A DNA stretch of 32,873 bases from an uncultured Desulfobulbia bacterium (GCA_964624225.1 CAZUZJ010000002.1:1-32873); one strand, 5' to 3'. Positions 11,393 through 21,666 are shown, counted from the stretch's first letter. Made by a program: numbers and translations. The notes: a model not told the origin generated them from the sequence alone.

Positions 11393-11659
11393 ATGGTTGA
11401 TAAAAAAGCAATAAAGAAAACAAGAATCGGCATCGTTGTCAGCGACAAAATGGATAAAAGCATTGTGGTGCGGACAGAAAGCCTGGTCCGGCATAAGCTG
11501 TACGGTAAATTTATTCGTCGTCAGGTGAAATATATGGCGGATGATCCGGATAGTCAGTGCAGCGTTGGCGATCGTGTTCTCATCGAGGAGTGTCGTCCGT
11601 TGAGTAAACGGAAACGGTGGCGCGTCAAGCAGATCGTCGAAAAAGCGATAGCCGTCTGA
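11393..11659 (+). CDS. rpsQ: 30S ribosomal protein S17 (uS17)
   Basis: 88 aa. GIVVSDKMDKSIVVRTE...HKLYGKFIRR...DRVLIEECRPLSKRKRW. Confidence 0.97.
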   Translation: MVDKKAIKKTRIGIVVSDKMDKSIVVRTESLVRHKLYGKFIRRQVKYMADDPDSQCSVGDRVLIEECRPLSKRKRWRVKQIVEKAIAV

Positions 11660-11735
11660 TACGGTTGTCCTTGCTGGATGAGAATGTACTCAATAATCAA
11701 TAATATCCAAACACATTTGGATAGTTGGTGAAAAT

Positions 11736-12104
11736 ATGATACAGACAGAAACTGTCCTCAATGTTGCGGACAATTCAGGTGCAAAGAAGGTGCTCTGCAT
11801 CCGGGTTCTCGGCGGCACCAGAAGAAGATACGCCACTATTGGTGATGTCATCGTTGTCTCCGTCAAAGAAGCGATTCCGAATGCCAAGGTGAAGAAAGGT
11901 GATGTGATGCGCGCGGTAATTGTCCGGACAAAACGGGAAATTCGCCGTCCGGAGGACACCCGGGTCAAATTCGACGAAAATGCCGCGGTATTGCTGACCA
12001 ATTCCGGTGAACCCATGGGTACCCGCATTTTTGGCCCTGTTGCCCGTGAACTGCGGACAAGGGGTTTCATGAAAATCATATCTCTCGCCCCTGAAGTTCT
12101 GTGA
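11736..12104 (+). CDS. rplN: 50S ribosomal protein L14 (uL14)
   Basis: 122 aa. [28 protein letters not shown]-terminus. Confidence 0.98.
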   Translation: MIQTETVLNVADNSGAKKVLCIRVLGGTRRRYATIGDVIVVSVKEAIPNAKVKKGDVMRAVIVRTKREIRRPEDTRVKFDENAAVLLTNSGEPMGTRIFGPVARELRTRGFMKIISLAPEVL

Positions 12105-12170
12105 TTTACGGAGTCGTCCGGGTCACCAGTCTGTCTGTAGAGAGAGTTAAACTAAAGAAGAGGTAGCAGC

Positions 12171-12506
12171 ATGGCAGCAGGGAAGAATTATCTTAAACTC
12201 AATGACAAAGTTGAAGTCATTGCCGGTAAGGATAAGGGGCGTGTAGGCAAGATCACAAAGGTGTATCCTGATTCCGCCAAGGCAAAGGTAGAAAAAATCA
12301 ACATGGTGAAACGCCATACCAAACCCAATGTTAAGAACCAGCAGGGTGGTATCATTGAAATGGAAGCGCCGATTCACGTTTCAAACCTGATGTTGATCTG
12401 TTCCAAGTGCGCAAAGACGGTGCGGGTGAAAAAGACTATTCTTGCGGACGGCACCAAGGTGCGTCTTTGCAAGAAATGTGGTGAATCGATAGAATCAAAT
12501 GCGTAA
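12171..12506 (+). CDS. rplX: 50S ribosomal protein L24 (uL24), with C-terminal CxxC...CxxC
   Basis: 111 aa. KOW motif [14 protein letters not shown]-terminal [30 protein letters not shown]. Confidence 0.96.
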   Translation: MAAGKNYLKLNDKVEVIAGKDKGRVGKITKVYPDSAKAKVEKINMVKRHTKPNVKNQQGGIIEMEAPIHVSNLMLICSKCAKTVRVKKTILADGTKVRLCKKCGESIESNA

Positions 12507-12531
12507 TCGCTTTGGTTTATTGGAGACAACG

Positions 12532-13071
12532 ATGGCAACATTGAAAGAATTTTATGAAAAAGAATGTATCCCCATGCTCGTTAAGGAGTTTGGATACAAA
12601 AATATGATGCAGGTTCCCCGTATTGAGAAGATCGTTCTCAATATGGGCCTGGGGGAAGCCGTGCAAAATCCGAAGATCGTTGAAAGCGCTGCCACTGAAC
12701 TTACAATGATTTCCGGGCAGAAGGCAGTGGTCACCAAAGCGAGAAAATCGATTGCCACCTTCAAGCTTCGTGAAGGTATGCCGATTGGCTGTAAAGTGAC
12801 ACTGCGCAAGGATCGGATGTACGATTTTTACAGTAAACTGGTCCATATCGCCCTGCCACGGGTTCGCGATTTCCGGGGGATCAAGGACAGCGGATTTGAT
12901 GGCCGTGGAAATTTCTCTTTCGGCATCAAGGAGCATATTATATTCCCGGAAATCGATTATGATAAAATCGATAAAATTAAAGGATTTAACATAACAATCA
13001 CCACCAATGCCAAAACTGATGCGGAGAGTCGCTTTCTCCTGTCGGCGTTGGGAATGCCTTTCCGTAAATAG
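12532..13071 (+). CDS. rplE: 50S ribosomal protein L5 (uL5)
   Basis: 179 aa from ATG 12532 ([11 protein letters not shown]..., GGAG upstream). The ORF-track start at 12499 adds 11 non-conserved residues and overlaps the rplX end. Confidence 0.96.
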   Translation: MATLKEFYEKECIPMLVKEFGYKNMMQVPRIEKIVLNMGLGEAVQNPKIVESAATELTMISGQKAVVTKARKSIATFKLREGMPIGCKVTLRKDRMYDFYSKLVHIALPRVRDFRGIKDSGFDGRGNFSFGIKEHIIFPEIDYDKIDKIKGFNITITTNAKTDAESRFLLSALGMPFRK

Positions 13072-13091
13072 CACAGTTCAGGAGGAAGAGG

Positions 13092-13277
13092 TTGGCTAAG
13101 AAATCTTTAATATCAAAAAGCGAGCGGAAACCGAAATTTCAGGTCAGAGCCCACAATCGTTGTCCATTGTGTGGGAGGCCGCGTGCCTTTATCAGAAAGT
13201 TCGGTATTTGTCGTATATGTTTCAGAACCCTGGCATCCCGCGGCGAAATCACCGGCGTGACGAAATCGAGCTGGTAA
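13092..13277 (+). CDS. rpsN: 30S ribosomal protein S14, short zinc-binding (type Z) form
   Basis: 61 aa with a TTG start after GGAGGA. (M)[44 protein letters not shown], with CxxC...CxxC. Confidence 0.96.
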   Translation: MAKKSLISKSERKPKFQVRAHNRCPLCGRPRAFIRKFGICRICFRTLASRGEITGVTKSSW

Positions 13278-13321
13278 AGAAAGAGTACGTCATTTATATG
13301 TGACTGAAAAGGAGTAGATTC

Positions 13322-13720
13322 ATGTCAATGAGTGATACCCTGGCAGATATGCTGACCAGAATAAGAAATGCTCGAATCGTAAAATTTGCAAGCCTTGAGA
13401 TGCCCGCATCGAAAGTAAAAACAGCGGTGGCAGAGATTCTGAAAAAAGAGGGATACATCGAAAATTATCAGGTTGCTGCAGACGGCAAGCAGGGGATACT
13501 GAAGATTTTCCTCAAATATGATCAGCATCGGAACTCTGTCATTTCTGGCTTGAAACGCGTCAGCAAACCAGGTTGTCGTGTTTATGTCAAAGCCGACAGG
13601 ATTCCTAAGGTGATGAGTGGTCTTGGGGTAGCCGTGCTGTCAACCTCTAAAGGTATCCTCACTGACAAACAGGCACGTGAATCCGGAACCGGTGGAGAAC
13701 TGCTCTTTACCGTTTGGTAG
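13322..13720 (+). CDS. rpsH: 30S ribosomal protein S8 (uS8)
   Basis: 132 aa. DTLADMLTRIRNA N-terminal motif and GGELLFTVW C-terminus. Confidence 0.97.
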   Translation: MSMSDTLADMLTRIRNARIVKFASLEMPASKVKTAVAEILKKEGYIENYQVAADGKQGILKIFLKYDQHRNSVISGLKRVSKPGCRVYVKADRIPKVMSGLGVAVLSTSKGILTDKQARESGTGGELLFTVW

Positions 13721-13810
13721 GATGACTCTCCGAGATTAGTGTGGCTCGCCTTTCAGGTGTTGCCGATTCTTATAAAGCAAGTACGTCAGTAGAAAGAGTG
13801 GAGATGACCA

Positions 13811-14347
13811 ATGTCAAGGATTGGCAATCAGCCCATATCAGTACCAGCCGCCGTCAAGGTGGATATCAATGGTACCCATGTGAAGGTTACCGGACCCAAG
13901 GGCGTCCTGGAAAGGGAAATCCGGCCTGAAATCAGTCTTGTTCAGGAGAATGGCGTAATATCAATAAAATGTCTTGATAACAGCAAGAGAACCCGTGCAT
14001 TCAGCGGTTTAACGAGAACCCTCGTCAACAATATGATTCTCGGTGCCGAGAAGATGTTTGCCAAAAAGCTCGTGATTGAAGGGGTCGGCTATAAGGCGGA
14101 CATTCAGCAGAATGTCCTGACCCTGAACGTCGGCTATTCAAATCCCGTTGTTTTCCCCTTGCCCCAGGGTGTTGAAGGGAAGGTTGAAAAAACAGCCATT
14201 ACCCTTGAATCGATTGACAAGGAACTGCTTGGGCTGACTGCGGCCAAGATTCGCTCGATACGTAAACCCGAACCGTACAAGGGCAAGGGAATTCGTTATG
14301 AAAATGAATATATCGCCAGGAAAGCCGGCAAATCAGCATCGAAGTAA
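13811..14347 (+). CDS. rplF: 50S ribosomal protein L6 (uL6)
   Basis: 178 aa. MSRIGNQPISVPAAVKV N-terminus and PEPYKGKGIRYENE motif. Confidence 0.97.
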   Translation: MSRIGNQPISVPAAVKVDINGTHVKVTGPKGVLEREIRPEISLVQENGVISIKCLDNSKRTRAFSGLTRTLVNNMILGAEKMFAKKLVIEGVGYKADIQQNVLTLNVGYSNPVVFPLPQGVEGKVEKTAITLESIDKELLGLTAAKIRSIRKPEPYKGKGIRYENEYIARKAGKSASK

Positions 14348-14381
14348 TTATCATATATATCCACAGTACAAGGTGTAAGAA

Positions 14382-14750
14382 ATGGCAAGAACGAACAAGA
14401 AAGCAACAGCACGCGCCAAAAGGATTCAGCGGATACGGAAGAAGATATTCGGTACCCCTGAAAGACCACGTCTGCGTGTTTTTAAAAGCGCAAAGCATAT
14501 TTATGCGCAAGTGATCGATGACCAGACAGGTCACACGTTATGTTCGATGTCCACCTGTGACAAGTCATATGCTGATCCGGCCGAGGGAAAAGGGAAAACC
14601 GCCAATGCCCATCAGGTCGGAGTGATGCTTGCCGCCAAAATGAAAGAGCAAGGCCTCACCAAGGTTGTTTTTGACAGGGGCGGCTATATTTATCATGGTC
14701 GGGTCAAGGCCCTCTCAGATGGGGCACGGGCTGGTGGACTTGAGTTTTAA
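14382..14750 (+). CDS. rplR: 50S ribosomal protein L18 (uL18)
   Basis: 122 aa. ERPRLRVFKSAKHIYAQVIDD and FDRGGYIYHGRVKALSDGARAGGLEF motifs. Confidence 0.97.
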   Translation: MARTNKKATARAKRIQRIRKKIFGTPERPRLRVFKSAKHIYAQVIDDQTGHTLCSMSTCDKSYADPAEGKGKTANAHQVGVMLAAKMKEQGLTKVVFDRGGYIYHGRVKALSDGARAGGLEF

Positions 14751-14805
14751 TAGGTCATAGACTTCAAAAATATCATAACAGTCCTGATTCAGGTGGGGGT
14801 GTAAG

Positions 14806-15312
14806 TTGTCCGATTTCAAGACCGAAAAGATGGATGATCAGCTTATTGAGAAGATCGTCTATATCAACAGGGTGGCAAAGGTTGTAAAAGGCGGCCGTCG
14901 CTTCAGTTTCAGCGCAATCGTGGTCGTCGGGGATGGTAATGGCAATGTCGGCTACGGACTTGGCAAAGCGAATCAGGTTCCTGAGGCGATCCGAAAGGGC
15001 GTGGAAAAAGCCCGCAAGGACATGAGGCCGGTTTCCATAACTGAAACGAGTATTCCCCATGAGATTAATGGAAAATTCGGCGCCGGCAAGGTTATGCTTA
15101 AACCTGCCTCTGCCGGTACCGGCGTAATCGCCGGCGGGGCTGTCCGTGCGGTGCTTGAAGCGGCAGGGGTCCAGAATATTTTGACCAAATGTCTGGGGTC
15201 GCATAATCCCCATAACCTGGTCAAGGCAACCCTTGACGGGCTGCGAAAACTGCGCAGCGTAGAAAAAGTAGCCGCCCAGCGGGGCATGACCGTCCAGCAG
15301 ATCCTCGCGTAA
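14806..15312 (+). CDS. rpsE: 30S ribosomal protein S5 (uS5)
   Basis: 168 aa with a TTG start after [44 protein letters not shown] motif. Confidence 0.96.
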   Translation: MSDFKTEKMDDQLIEKIVYINRVAKVVKGGRRFSFSAIVVVGDGNGNVGYGLGKANQVPEAIRKGVEKARKDMRPVSITETSIPHEINGKFGAGKVMLKPASAGTGVIAGGAVRAVLEAAGVQNILTKCLGSHNPHNLVKATLDGLRKLRSVEKVAAQRGMTVQQILA

Positions 15313-15416
15313 TACAGTGGCAGCAGTGATGATCCTTGCCTAAAGGATCCGAAATGCTGTTGTTTGGTTGAGAGTTTTGCCACTATGTGGCTGATTTTTT
15401 ATACACGGGAAATATC

Positions 15417-15599
15417 ATGGCGAATGAGTTGAAAATACGATTGCGAAAAAGTGTGATTGGCAGCACGGAAAATGTGCGCGCCACCGTCACTGGCTTAGGA
15501 CTGACAAAAACGAACAAGACCGTTGTCCGCAAAGATACACCGCAGATTCGGGGAATGATCAGCAAGGTTGCACATCTTGTTGATGTGGAGGAAATATAA
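15417..15599 (+). CDS. rpmD: 50S ribosomal protein L30 (uL30)
   Basis: 60 aa from ATG 15417 ([29 protein letters not shown]). The ORF-track start at 15387 adds 10 non-conserved residues. The stop overlaps the rplO start (TAATG). Confidence 0.93.
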   Translation: MANELKIRLRKSVIGSTENVRATVTGLGLTKTNKTVVRKDTPQIRGMISKVAHLVDVEEI

Positions 15600-16039
15600 T
15601 GTTGTCACTGAGCAATCTGTCACCGCAGGAAGGATCACGCAAACTGCGGAAACGTGTGGGAAGAGGGCATGGTTCAGGGCATGGCAAAACAGCCGGCCGC
15701 GGTCATAAGGGCTTTAAAGCACGTTCCGGTAGTGGCGTGAAGATGGGCTTTGAAGGTGGTCAGATGCCTTTACAGCGCCGGCTGCCGAAACGAGGTTTTA
15801 CCAATATTTTCAAGGTTGTCTATGCGGTTGTTAATGTCCGCGATCTCAACAAGATGGCAGATGGTGCCCGTGTGGATCGCGACTCACTACTTGCCGCTGG
15901 CCTTATCCGCGCCACTGATCGTCACGTAAAGCTTCTCGGTGATGGCGCTGTTGAAAAGAAATTTACCGTCGCTGTTGACAGTGTCAGCCAGACTGCCCGC
16001 ATCAAGATTGAGCAGGCGGGCGGGTCAATAGAAGGGTAA
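15599..16039 (+). CDS. rplO: 50S ribosomal protein L15 (uL15)
   Basis: 146 aa. RKRVGRGHGSGHGKTAGRGHKG and EGGQMPLQRRLPKRGF motifs. Confidence 0.97.
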   Translation: MLSLSNLSPQEGSRKLRKRVGRGHGSGHGKTAGRGHKGFKARSGSGVKMGFEGGQMPLQRRLPKRGFTNIFKVVYAVVNVRDLNKMADGARVDRDSLLAAGLIRATDRHVKLLGDGAVEKKFTVAVDSVSQTARIKIEQAGGSIEG

Positions 16040-16048
16040 GGCATATCA

Positions 16049-17359
16049 ATGGCTGGTGGACTGCAAAGCGCAGCGAATATTCCTGAGCTGAGAAGGCGGA
16101 TAACATTTACTCTCCTGATGCTGGCTGTGTACCGCGCAGGTGTCCAGATTCCCACCCCGGGGATCAATGGTGAGGCCCTTGCTGCTTTTTTTGAGAAAAA
16201 CGCCGGGACCCTGTTTGGGATGTTTAATATGTTTTCCGGTGGCGCATTGGAGAATTTTTCCATCTTCGCCCTCGGTATCATGCCATACATCAGTGCGTCG
16301 ATCATTTTCCAGCTGCTGACCGTCGTAGTGCCGCAACTATCCGCCCTGTCGAAGGAGGGGGAGGCTGGTCGACGGAAAATTACGCAGTATACCCGGTATG
16401 CGACAGTTGGTCTGAGTATCATCCAGGGGTTGATGATCAGTATCGGCCTTGAAGGGATGGTTGCCCCGGCTGGCAGCGAGATGATTGTTATTGAACCCGG
16501 CTGGTCATTTCGCCTGATGACCATGCTGACCCTCACTTCCGGCACCGCTTTTATCATGTGGCTGGGGGAGCAGATGACGGAAAGGGGGATCGGTAACGGC
16601 ATTTCGATGATTATTTTTGCAGGTATAGTTGCCCGGATGCCGGCAGCCATTGTCAATACCTTTAAAATGATCACGTCAGGTGAAATGACCCTCATATTTC
16701 TCCCGATCCTGCTTGCCATGATGGCTGCGGTCATTTATTTCATTATATTTGCAGAAACGGCTCAGCGTCGCATCCCTATTCAATATGCAAAAAGGATGGT
16801 CGGTCGGCAGCTCTATGGCGGTCAACGTTCCCATCTTCCATTGAAAATCAATATTCCCGGTGTTATTCCGCCAATTTTTGCCTCATCAATTATGATGTTT
16901 CCAGCAACCATCGGCGGGTTCATACAAATAGACTGGGTGCAGCAGCTGACTTCGGTTCTCGCTTGGGGAAGTCCATTGCACAACGTGCTGTATGTTGGGT
17001 TGATCGTCTTTTTTTGTTTTTTTTATACCGCGGTAACTTTCAATCCAGTTGATGTTTCCGAGAATCTGAAAAAAAACGGGGGATTTGTTCCCGGTGTCCG
17101 GCCAGGCAAAAAAACTGCTGAATTTCTTGACAGGGTCATAACCCGTCTGACCGTCATCGGTGCCATTTATATCAGTGCAGTGTGCGTGTTGCCGACCATG
17201 CTGGTTGACCAAATGAATGTTCCTTTTTATTTCGGCGGTACAGCGTTGTTGATTGTTGTCGGAGTTGCCATTGACACCCTCTCGCAAATCGAATCACACG
17301 CCATTTCCCGGAATTATGATGGTTTTCTCAAGTCGGGCCGGATAAAGGGACGGAGGTAG
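16049..17359 (+). CDS. secY: Preprotein translocase subunit SecY
   Basis: 436 aa polytopic membrane protein. IPELRRRITFTLLMLAVYR, FALGIMPYISASIIFQLL and MWLGEQMTERGIGNGISMIIFAGI motifs. Canonical position after rplO. Confidence 0.98.
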   Translation: MAGGLQSAANIPELRRRITFTLLMLAVYRAGVQIPTPGINGEALAAFFEKNAGTLFGMFNMFSGGALENFSIFALGIMPYISASIIFQLLTVVVPQLSALSKEGEAGRRKITQYTRYATVGLSIIQGLMISIGLEGMVAPAGSEMIVIEPGWSFRLMTMLTLTSGTAFIMWLGEQMTERGIGNGISMIIFAGIVARMPAAIVNTFKMITSGEMTLIFLPILLAMMAAVIYFIIFAETAQRRIPIQYAKRMVGRQLYGGQRSHLPLKINIPGVIPPIFASSIMMFPATIGGFIQIDWVQQLTSVLAWGSPLHNVLYVGLIVFFCFFYTAVTFNPVDVSENLKKNGGFVPGVRPGKKTAEFLDRVITRLTVIGAIYISAVCVLPTMLVDQMNVPFYFGGTALLIVVGVAIDTLSQIESHAISRNYDGFLKSGRIKGRR

Positions 17360-17371
17360 TACCCTTATCTC

Positions 17372-18142
17372 ATGGCAGCACGGATCATCCTGAAAACTCC
17401 ATCAGAATTGAGGATCATGGAGGAGGCAAACCAGGTTGTTGCCGGCGCCCTCCAGATGCTGCGTGAGCATGTTCGGCCAGGAGTGAACACCTTGACGCTG
17501 GATCAGCTCGCCGAGCAGTATGCTGTTACGAGAGGAGCAAAACCAGCATTCAAAGGCTATCGTGGCTTCCCTGGTAGTTTGTGTGTTTCCCTCAATGACC
17601 AGGTGGTGCATGGGATTCCCTCAAAAAAGGTTATTTTGCGCGACGGCGATATTATCAGCATTGATTTTGGTGTTCTCTATAACGGGTACTACGGTGATGC
17701 AGCTGTCACCCTGCCAGTCGGATCTGTCAACGCAGAAGCAAGCGCCCTTCTCCAGATAACAGAGGATTCGCTAACAAAGGCTATTGAACAGGTAAAAATT
17801 GGCAACCGAATAGCAGACATCTCCCGGGCCGTACAGGAGCATGTAGAAGAGAAGGGCTATTCTGTGGTTCGGCAGTTTGTCGGTCATGGTATTGGACAAG
17901 CGTTGCATGAACCACCTGAAATACCGAACTATTTCCGTTCAGGGCCCAGCCCGAAACTCCTGGAGGGAATGGTGCTCGCCATTGAGCCGATGGTGAATAT
18001 CGGCGGTGCTGAGGTTAAAATTCTCCATGACGGCTGGACCGTTGTGACCAAGGACCACAGTCTTTCCGCTCATTTTGAGCATTCGGTCGCCGTCACCGCC
18101 GATGGTCCTTTGGTGTTGAGCAGGCCACGAAAAGATTGCTGA
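17372..18142 (+). CDS. map: Type I methionine aminopeptidase
   Basis: 256 aa. VHGIPS, DIISIDFG, GYYGDAAVT, FVGHGIG, LAIEPM and SAHFEHSVAVT metal-site blocks. Confidence 0.96.
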   Translation: MAARIILKTPSELRIMEEANQVVAGALQMLREHVRPGVNTLTLDQLAEQYAVTRGAKPAFKGYRGFPGSLCVSLNDQVVHGIPSKKVILRDGDIISIDFGVLYNGYYGDAAVTLPVGSVNAEASALLQITEDSLTKAIEQVKIGNRIADISRAVQEHVEEKGYSVVRQFVGHGIGQALHEPPEIPNYFRSGPSPKLLEGMVLAIEPMVNIGGAEVKILHDGWTVVTKDHSLSAHFEHSVAVTADGPLVLSRPRKDC

Positions 18143-18204
18143 TGAGGCCAATGAAAATTGTAGCGCAAACCGACGTAGTGTGCTAATATATATAATTCAT
18201 TTTT

Positions 18205-18233
18205 CGGCTCTGTGAGAACGGGGCCGGTTTTTT
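18205..18233 (+). terminator. Candidate rho-independent terminator between map and infA
   Basis: CGGCTC (18205-18210) pairs with GGGCCG (18221-18226, one G-U pair) across a 10-nt loop, followed by T6 (18228-18233). Confidence 0.45.
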
Positions 18234-18275
18234 GTCAGTAAACCCGGTGGGATTTCAAGAAGGAATGCAAGATAT

Positions 18276-18509
18276 ATGGCAAAGGAAGAGGCCATTACAG
18301 TCGAAGGAACCATCATCGAGCCGTTGCCGAATGCGATGTTCAGGGTTGAGCTCGACAATGGCCATAAAATTTTGGCCCATATTTCCGGTAAGATGAGAAT
18401 GCATTTTATAAAAATATTGCCTGGGGATCGTGTTACCGTCGAACTCTCACCCTATGACCTTAGTAGAGGGCGGGTAACCTTCAGGGCAAAGAACCAAAAA
18501 AAGAAATGA
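18276..18509 (+). CDS. infA: Translation initiation factor IF-1
   Basis: 77 aa. [53 protein letters not shown]. Confidence 0.98.
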   Translation: MAKEEAITVEGTIIEPLPNAMFRVELDNGHKILAHISGKMRMHFIKILPGDRVTVELSPYDLSRGRVTFRAKNQKKK

Positions 18510-18524
18510 TTTCAGGATACGACA

Positions 18525-18638
18525 ATGAAAGTACGTGCATCGGTTAAAAAGATATGCAGTGATTGTAAGGTCTTTAAACGCAAGGGAGTTGTGCGGGTTT
18601 CTTGTAAGGTGAAGAAGCATAAACAACGGCAGGGTTAA
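18525..18638 (+). CDS. rpmJ: 50S ribosomal protein L36 (bL36), zinc-binding form
   Basis: Not in the ORF track (37 aa). Hand translation: ATG 18525, [40 protein letters not shown] at 18636-18638. Canonical position between infA and rpsM. Confidence 0.95.
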   Translation: MKVRASVKKICSDCKVFKRKGVVRVSCKVKKHKQRQG

Positions 18639-18664
18639 TTGAAAGGATTATGAGGAGGTAGACC

Positions 18665-19033
18665 TTGGCTCGCATAGCAGGTGTAGATTTGCCCAAAAAC
18701 AAGCATATGGAAATCGCCCTGACCTATATCTACGGAATAGGAAAAACGACTTCCAGAAAAATCCTCGATGAGGCCGAAATAAGCTATACATTCAACAGTG
18801 ACGATCTGACCGACGATGAAGCGGTAAAGATCAGAAAGATCATTGATGGATCATATGCAGTGGAAGGTGATAAACGTCGGGAGGTTTCCCTTGACGTCAA
18901 GCGCCTCATGGATCTCGGGTGTTATCGCGGATTGCGGCACAGAAGGGGACTTCCCTGTCGTGGACAACGCACAAAAACCAACGCTCGGACTCGCAAGGGA
19001 CCGCGACGTATCGCCGGTGCGCGTAAGAAATAG
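18665..19033 (+). CDS. rpsM: 30S ribosomal protein S13 (uS13)
   Basis: 122 aa with a TTG start after GAGGAGG; an in-frame TAG lies 2 codons upstream. (M)[25 protein letters not shown]. Confidence 0.97.
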   Translation: MARIAGVDLPKNKHMEIALTYIYGIGKTTSRKILDEAEISYTFNSDDLTDDEAVKIRKIIDGSYAVEGDKRREVSLDVKRLMDLGCYRGLRHRRGLPCRGQRTKTNARTRKGPRRIAGARKK

Positions 19034-19077
19034 TTTTTGATTACGAGATCATCAACGGACCTGAACAGGAGAATTCA

Positions 19078-19467
19078 ATGGCCAGTCCGAAAAAGAAAGT
19101 AAAACGCAAAGAAAAGAAAAACGTGCCAGAGGGCGTCGTTCATATCAAGTCCACGTTTAATAATACCTTGATATCGATTACTGATAAGCAGGGTAATGTC
19201 GTCTCCTGGTCAAGTTCCGGTGTTCTGGGTTTTAAAGGTTCACGGAAAAGTACCCCTTTTGCGGCCCAAAATGCCGTAGAGGCTGCTGCTAAAGTAGCCA
19301 TGGAACAGGGAATGCGAAAGGTTGAGGTCAAGGTGAAGGGGCCAGGACCAGGGCGTGAGGCAGCTATCCGCGCTTTGCAGGTGGTTGGTTTTGAAGTGAG
19401 TCGAATCTCTGATGTTACTCCAGTGCCGCATAATGGCTGTAAACCGCCAAAAAGACGACGAGTTTAG
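19078..19467 (+). CDS. rpsK: 30S ribosomal protein S11 (uS11)
   Basis: 129 aa. [29 protein letters not shown] and [18 protein letters not shown] motifs. Confidence 0.98.
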   Translation: MASPKKKVKRKEKKNVPEGVVHIKSTFNNTLISITDKQGNVVSWSSSGVLGFKGSRKSTPFAAQNAVEAAAKVAMEQGMRKVEVKVKGPGPGREAAIRALQVVGFEVSRISDVTPVPHNGCKPPKRRRV

Positions 19468-19528
19468 TTGTATTTTTACACATATTGACACCAGAACGTT
19501 ATTGAACGTGAAATAACGGAGGTATACA

Positions 19529-20158
19529 TTGGCTAGATATCGAGGCGCAGTATGTCGGCAATGCCGACGCGAGAAATTGAAGCTTTTCCTAAAGGGTGAC
19601 AGGTGCTATTCAGATAAATGCTCTTTTGAAAAGAGGGCATTTCCTCCGGGGCAGCATGGGCAGTCCCGTTTGCGAAAGGTTTCTGATTATTCCATTCAGC
19701 TGCGGGAAAAACAGAAAGTTCGCCGTATATACGGCATGCTTGAAGGTCAGTTTCGTCGTTATTTTCAGATTGCCGAATCTTCGAAAGGTGTCACTGGTGA
19801 GAACCTGTTGATGCTGCTCGAAAGACGTCTTGATAACGCGATATTTCGTCTTGGTTTCGCATCATCTCGGACCCAGGCCCGTCAGCTTGTCAAGCATAAT
19901 CATATTTTGGTCAATGGTAAAAAAGTCAACATCCCGTCGTTTCTTGTTTCCCTAAATGATGTCATCTCAGTACGGGAAAAAAGCAAAAAAGTAGAATCAA
20001 TAATTGACAGCGTTGAATCGGTTGCTCGTCGTGGCGTACCTTCGTGGTTGGAGCTGGAACAGACGACCCTTACTGGAAAAGTCAAGGGATTACCTGTCCG
20101 CGAAGAAATTACCATGCCGATTCAGGAACAGTTGATTGTCGAGCTTTACTCCAAGTAG
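19529..20158 (+). CDS. rpsD: 30S ribosomal protein S4 (uS4), Cys-cluster form
   Basis: 209 aa with a TTG start after GGAGG. (M)[30 protein letters not shown], plus an S4 RNA-binding domain. Confidence 0.97.
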   Translation: MARYRGAVCRQCRREKLKLFLKGDRCYSDKCSFEKRAFPPGQHGQSRLRKVSDYSIQLREKQKVRRIYGMLEGQFRRYFQIAESSKGVTGENLLMLLERRLDNAIFRLGFASSRTQARQLVKHNHILVNGKKVNIPSFLVSLNDVISVREKSKKVESIIDSVESVARRGVPSWLELEQTTLTGKVKGLPVREEITMPIQEQLIVELYSK

Positions 20159-20215
20159 TTTCCGTCCTGGCCATTTTTAGCAGGAAAACGTTGATTTTAC
20201 AGCAAGAGAAAGACG

Positions 20216-21280
20216 ATGGCAAATGAGGAAACTTTGACACAAGAGTTATCACCATTTTATCGAAACTGGCATGATCTCATCACTCCCAATCCACTGGAGG
20301 TTGATCATGAAACCCATACAGCAAGTTATGGAAAATTTGTCTGTCATCCATTGGAGCGTGGATTTGCCACCACCATCGGCAACGGTCTTCGCCGTATTCT
20401 GTTGTCCTCGGTGCAGGGAGCTGCCATAACATCTGTCAAAATTGATGGTGCCCTCCATGAGTTTTCTACTCTTCCGGGAATCCTTGAGGATGTCACGGAA
20501 ATCATTCTGAACCTCAAAGAGGTTCGGTTGAAGCTTTTTGTCAATGATTCTGCCATTGTTCGTATTGAAAAACGCGAAAAAGGCAATGTCACGGCAGCTG
20601 ATATCATCGGTGGCGCTGCAGTTGAGGTGATGAATCCGGAAAAGCATATCTGCACCCTAACCGGTGACGCCCCTTTTGTCGCAGAGCTTGAGGTCAAATG
20701 GGGCAAGGGGTACTCGCCTGCAGAAAAAAACAAGAACGAAGAGCAGACTGTCGGTGTTATTCCCATTGATGCAATTTTCACTCCGATCAAGAATGTGAAG
20801 GTTGTTGTCAGTCAGGCCCGTGTCGGGCAGCGCACCGATTACGACAAGCTGACCTTGGAGATTCTCACCGATGGCAGTGTCAAACCTGAAAACGCCCTTG
20901 CCTATGCGGCCAAAATTCTCAAGGAGCAGATGAACGTCTTCATCAATTTTGATGAAGACCAGGTTGAGCGCGCCGAGGACGAAAAGGTCGTTATCCGTGA
21001 AGATCGGGAAATGAACCCGCATCTGTCCAAGAGTGTCGAAGATCTTGAGCTGTCTGTCCGGTCTGCAAACTGCCTCCGTAACGCCCAGATTTGTTACATC
21101 GGTGAACTTGTCCAGAAAACAGAGGCGGAAATGCTCAAGACGAAGAATTTTGGTCGCAAGTCGTTGAATGAAATCAAACAGCTTCTGTCCCAGATGGATT
21201 TGTCGCTTGGCATGAAGATAGATAATTGGGAACCGCCGGTGTCATCCCTATCCGATGAATCGGTTGAAGAAAGAGGGTAA
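20216..21280 (+). CDS. rpoA: DNA-directed RNA polymerase subunit alpha
   Basis: 354 aa. [24 protein letters not shown] and the C-terminal domain block [23 protein letters not shown]...[12 protein letters not shown]. Confidence 0.97.
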   Translation: MANEETLTQELSPFYRNWHDLITPNPLEVDHETHTASYGKFVCHPLERGFATTIGNGLRRILLSSVQGAAITSVKIDGALHEFSTLPGILEDVTEIILNLKEVRLKLFVNDSAIVRIEKREKGNVTAADIIGGAAVEVMNPEKHICTLTGDAPFVAELEVKWGKGYSPAEKNKNEEQTVGVIPIDAIFTPIKNVKVVVSQARVGQRTDYDKLTLEILTDGSVKPENALAYAAKILKEQMNVFINFDEDQVERAEDEKVVIREDREMNPHLSKSVEDLELSVRSANCLRNAQICYIGELVQKTEAEMLKTKNFGRKSLNEIKQLLSQMDLSLGMKIDNWEPPVSSLSDESVEERG

Positions 21281-21282
21281 AA

Positions 21283-21666
21283 ATGAATCACAGAAAGACA
21301 GGAAGACGACTTGGTCGATCCTCAGCCCATCGTCGCGCCATGGTGCGCAATATGGTAACATCACTGCTGGATCATGAACGGATTGTGACAACGACTCCCA
21401 AGGCAAAGGAGGTCCGTAAGGTTGCAGACAAAATGATTACCCTGGCCAAACGTGGTGATCTGCATGCCCGCCGGCAGGCATTGGCCTTTGTTCAGGATCC
21501 TCGAGTGGTTGCCAAGCTGTTTGACAAGCTCGGCAATGAATATCGTGATCGCAACGGTGGGTACACCCGGATCATTCAAACCGGGAACCGCTATGGCGAT
21601 GCAGCGCCGATGGCTATCCTTGAGCTGGTCAATTATCAGCAGAACACTGCTGCCCAGAACGAATAA
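21283..21666 (+). CDS. rplQ: 50S ribosomal protein L17 (bL17)
   Basis: 127 aa. [37 protein letters not shown]. Confidence 0.98.
   Translation: MNHRKTGRRLGRSSAHRRAMVRNMVTSLLDHERIVTTTPKAKEVRKVADKMITLAKRGDLHARRQALAFVQDPRVVAKLFDKLGNEYRDRNGGYTRIIQTGNRYGDAAPMAILELVNYQQNTAAQNE

Noticed and set aside
12499-12531. Extended N-termini given by the ORF track for rplE (12499), rpmD (15387), fusA (2858) and the kinase (30133)
   Set aside because: The extensions add non-conserved residues and have poorer RBS spacing than the internal starts, which match family N-termini. The longer starts cannot be strictly excluded without experimental data.
15922-16734. 270-aa minus-strand ORF inside rplO/secY
   Set aside because: Antisense to conserved genes; low-complexity translation.
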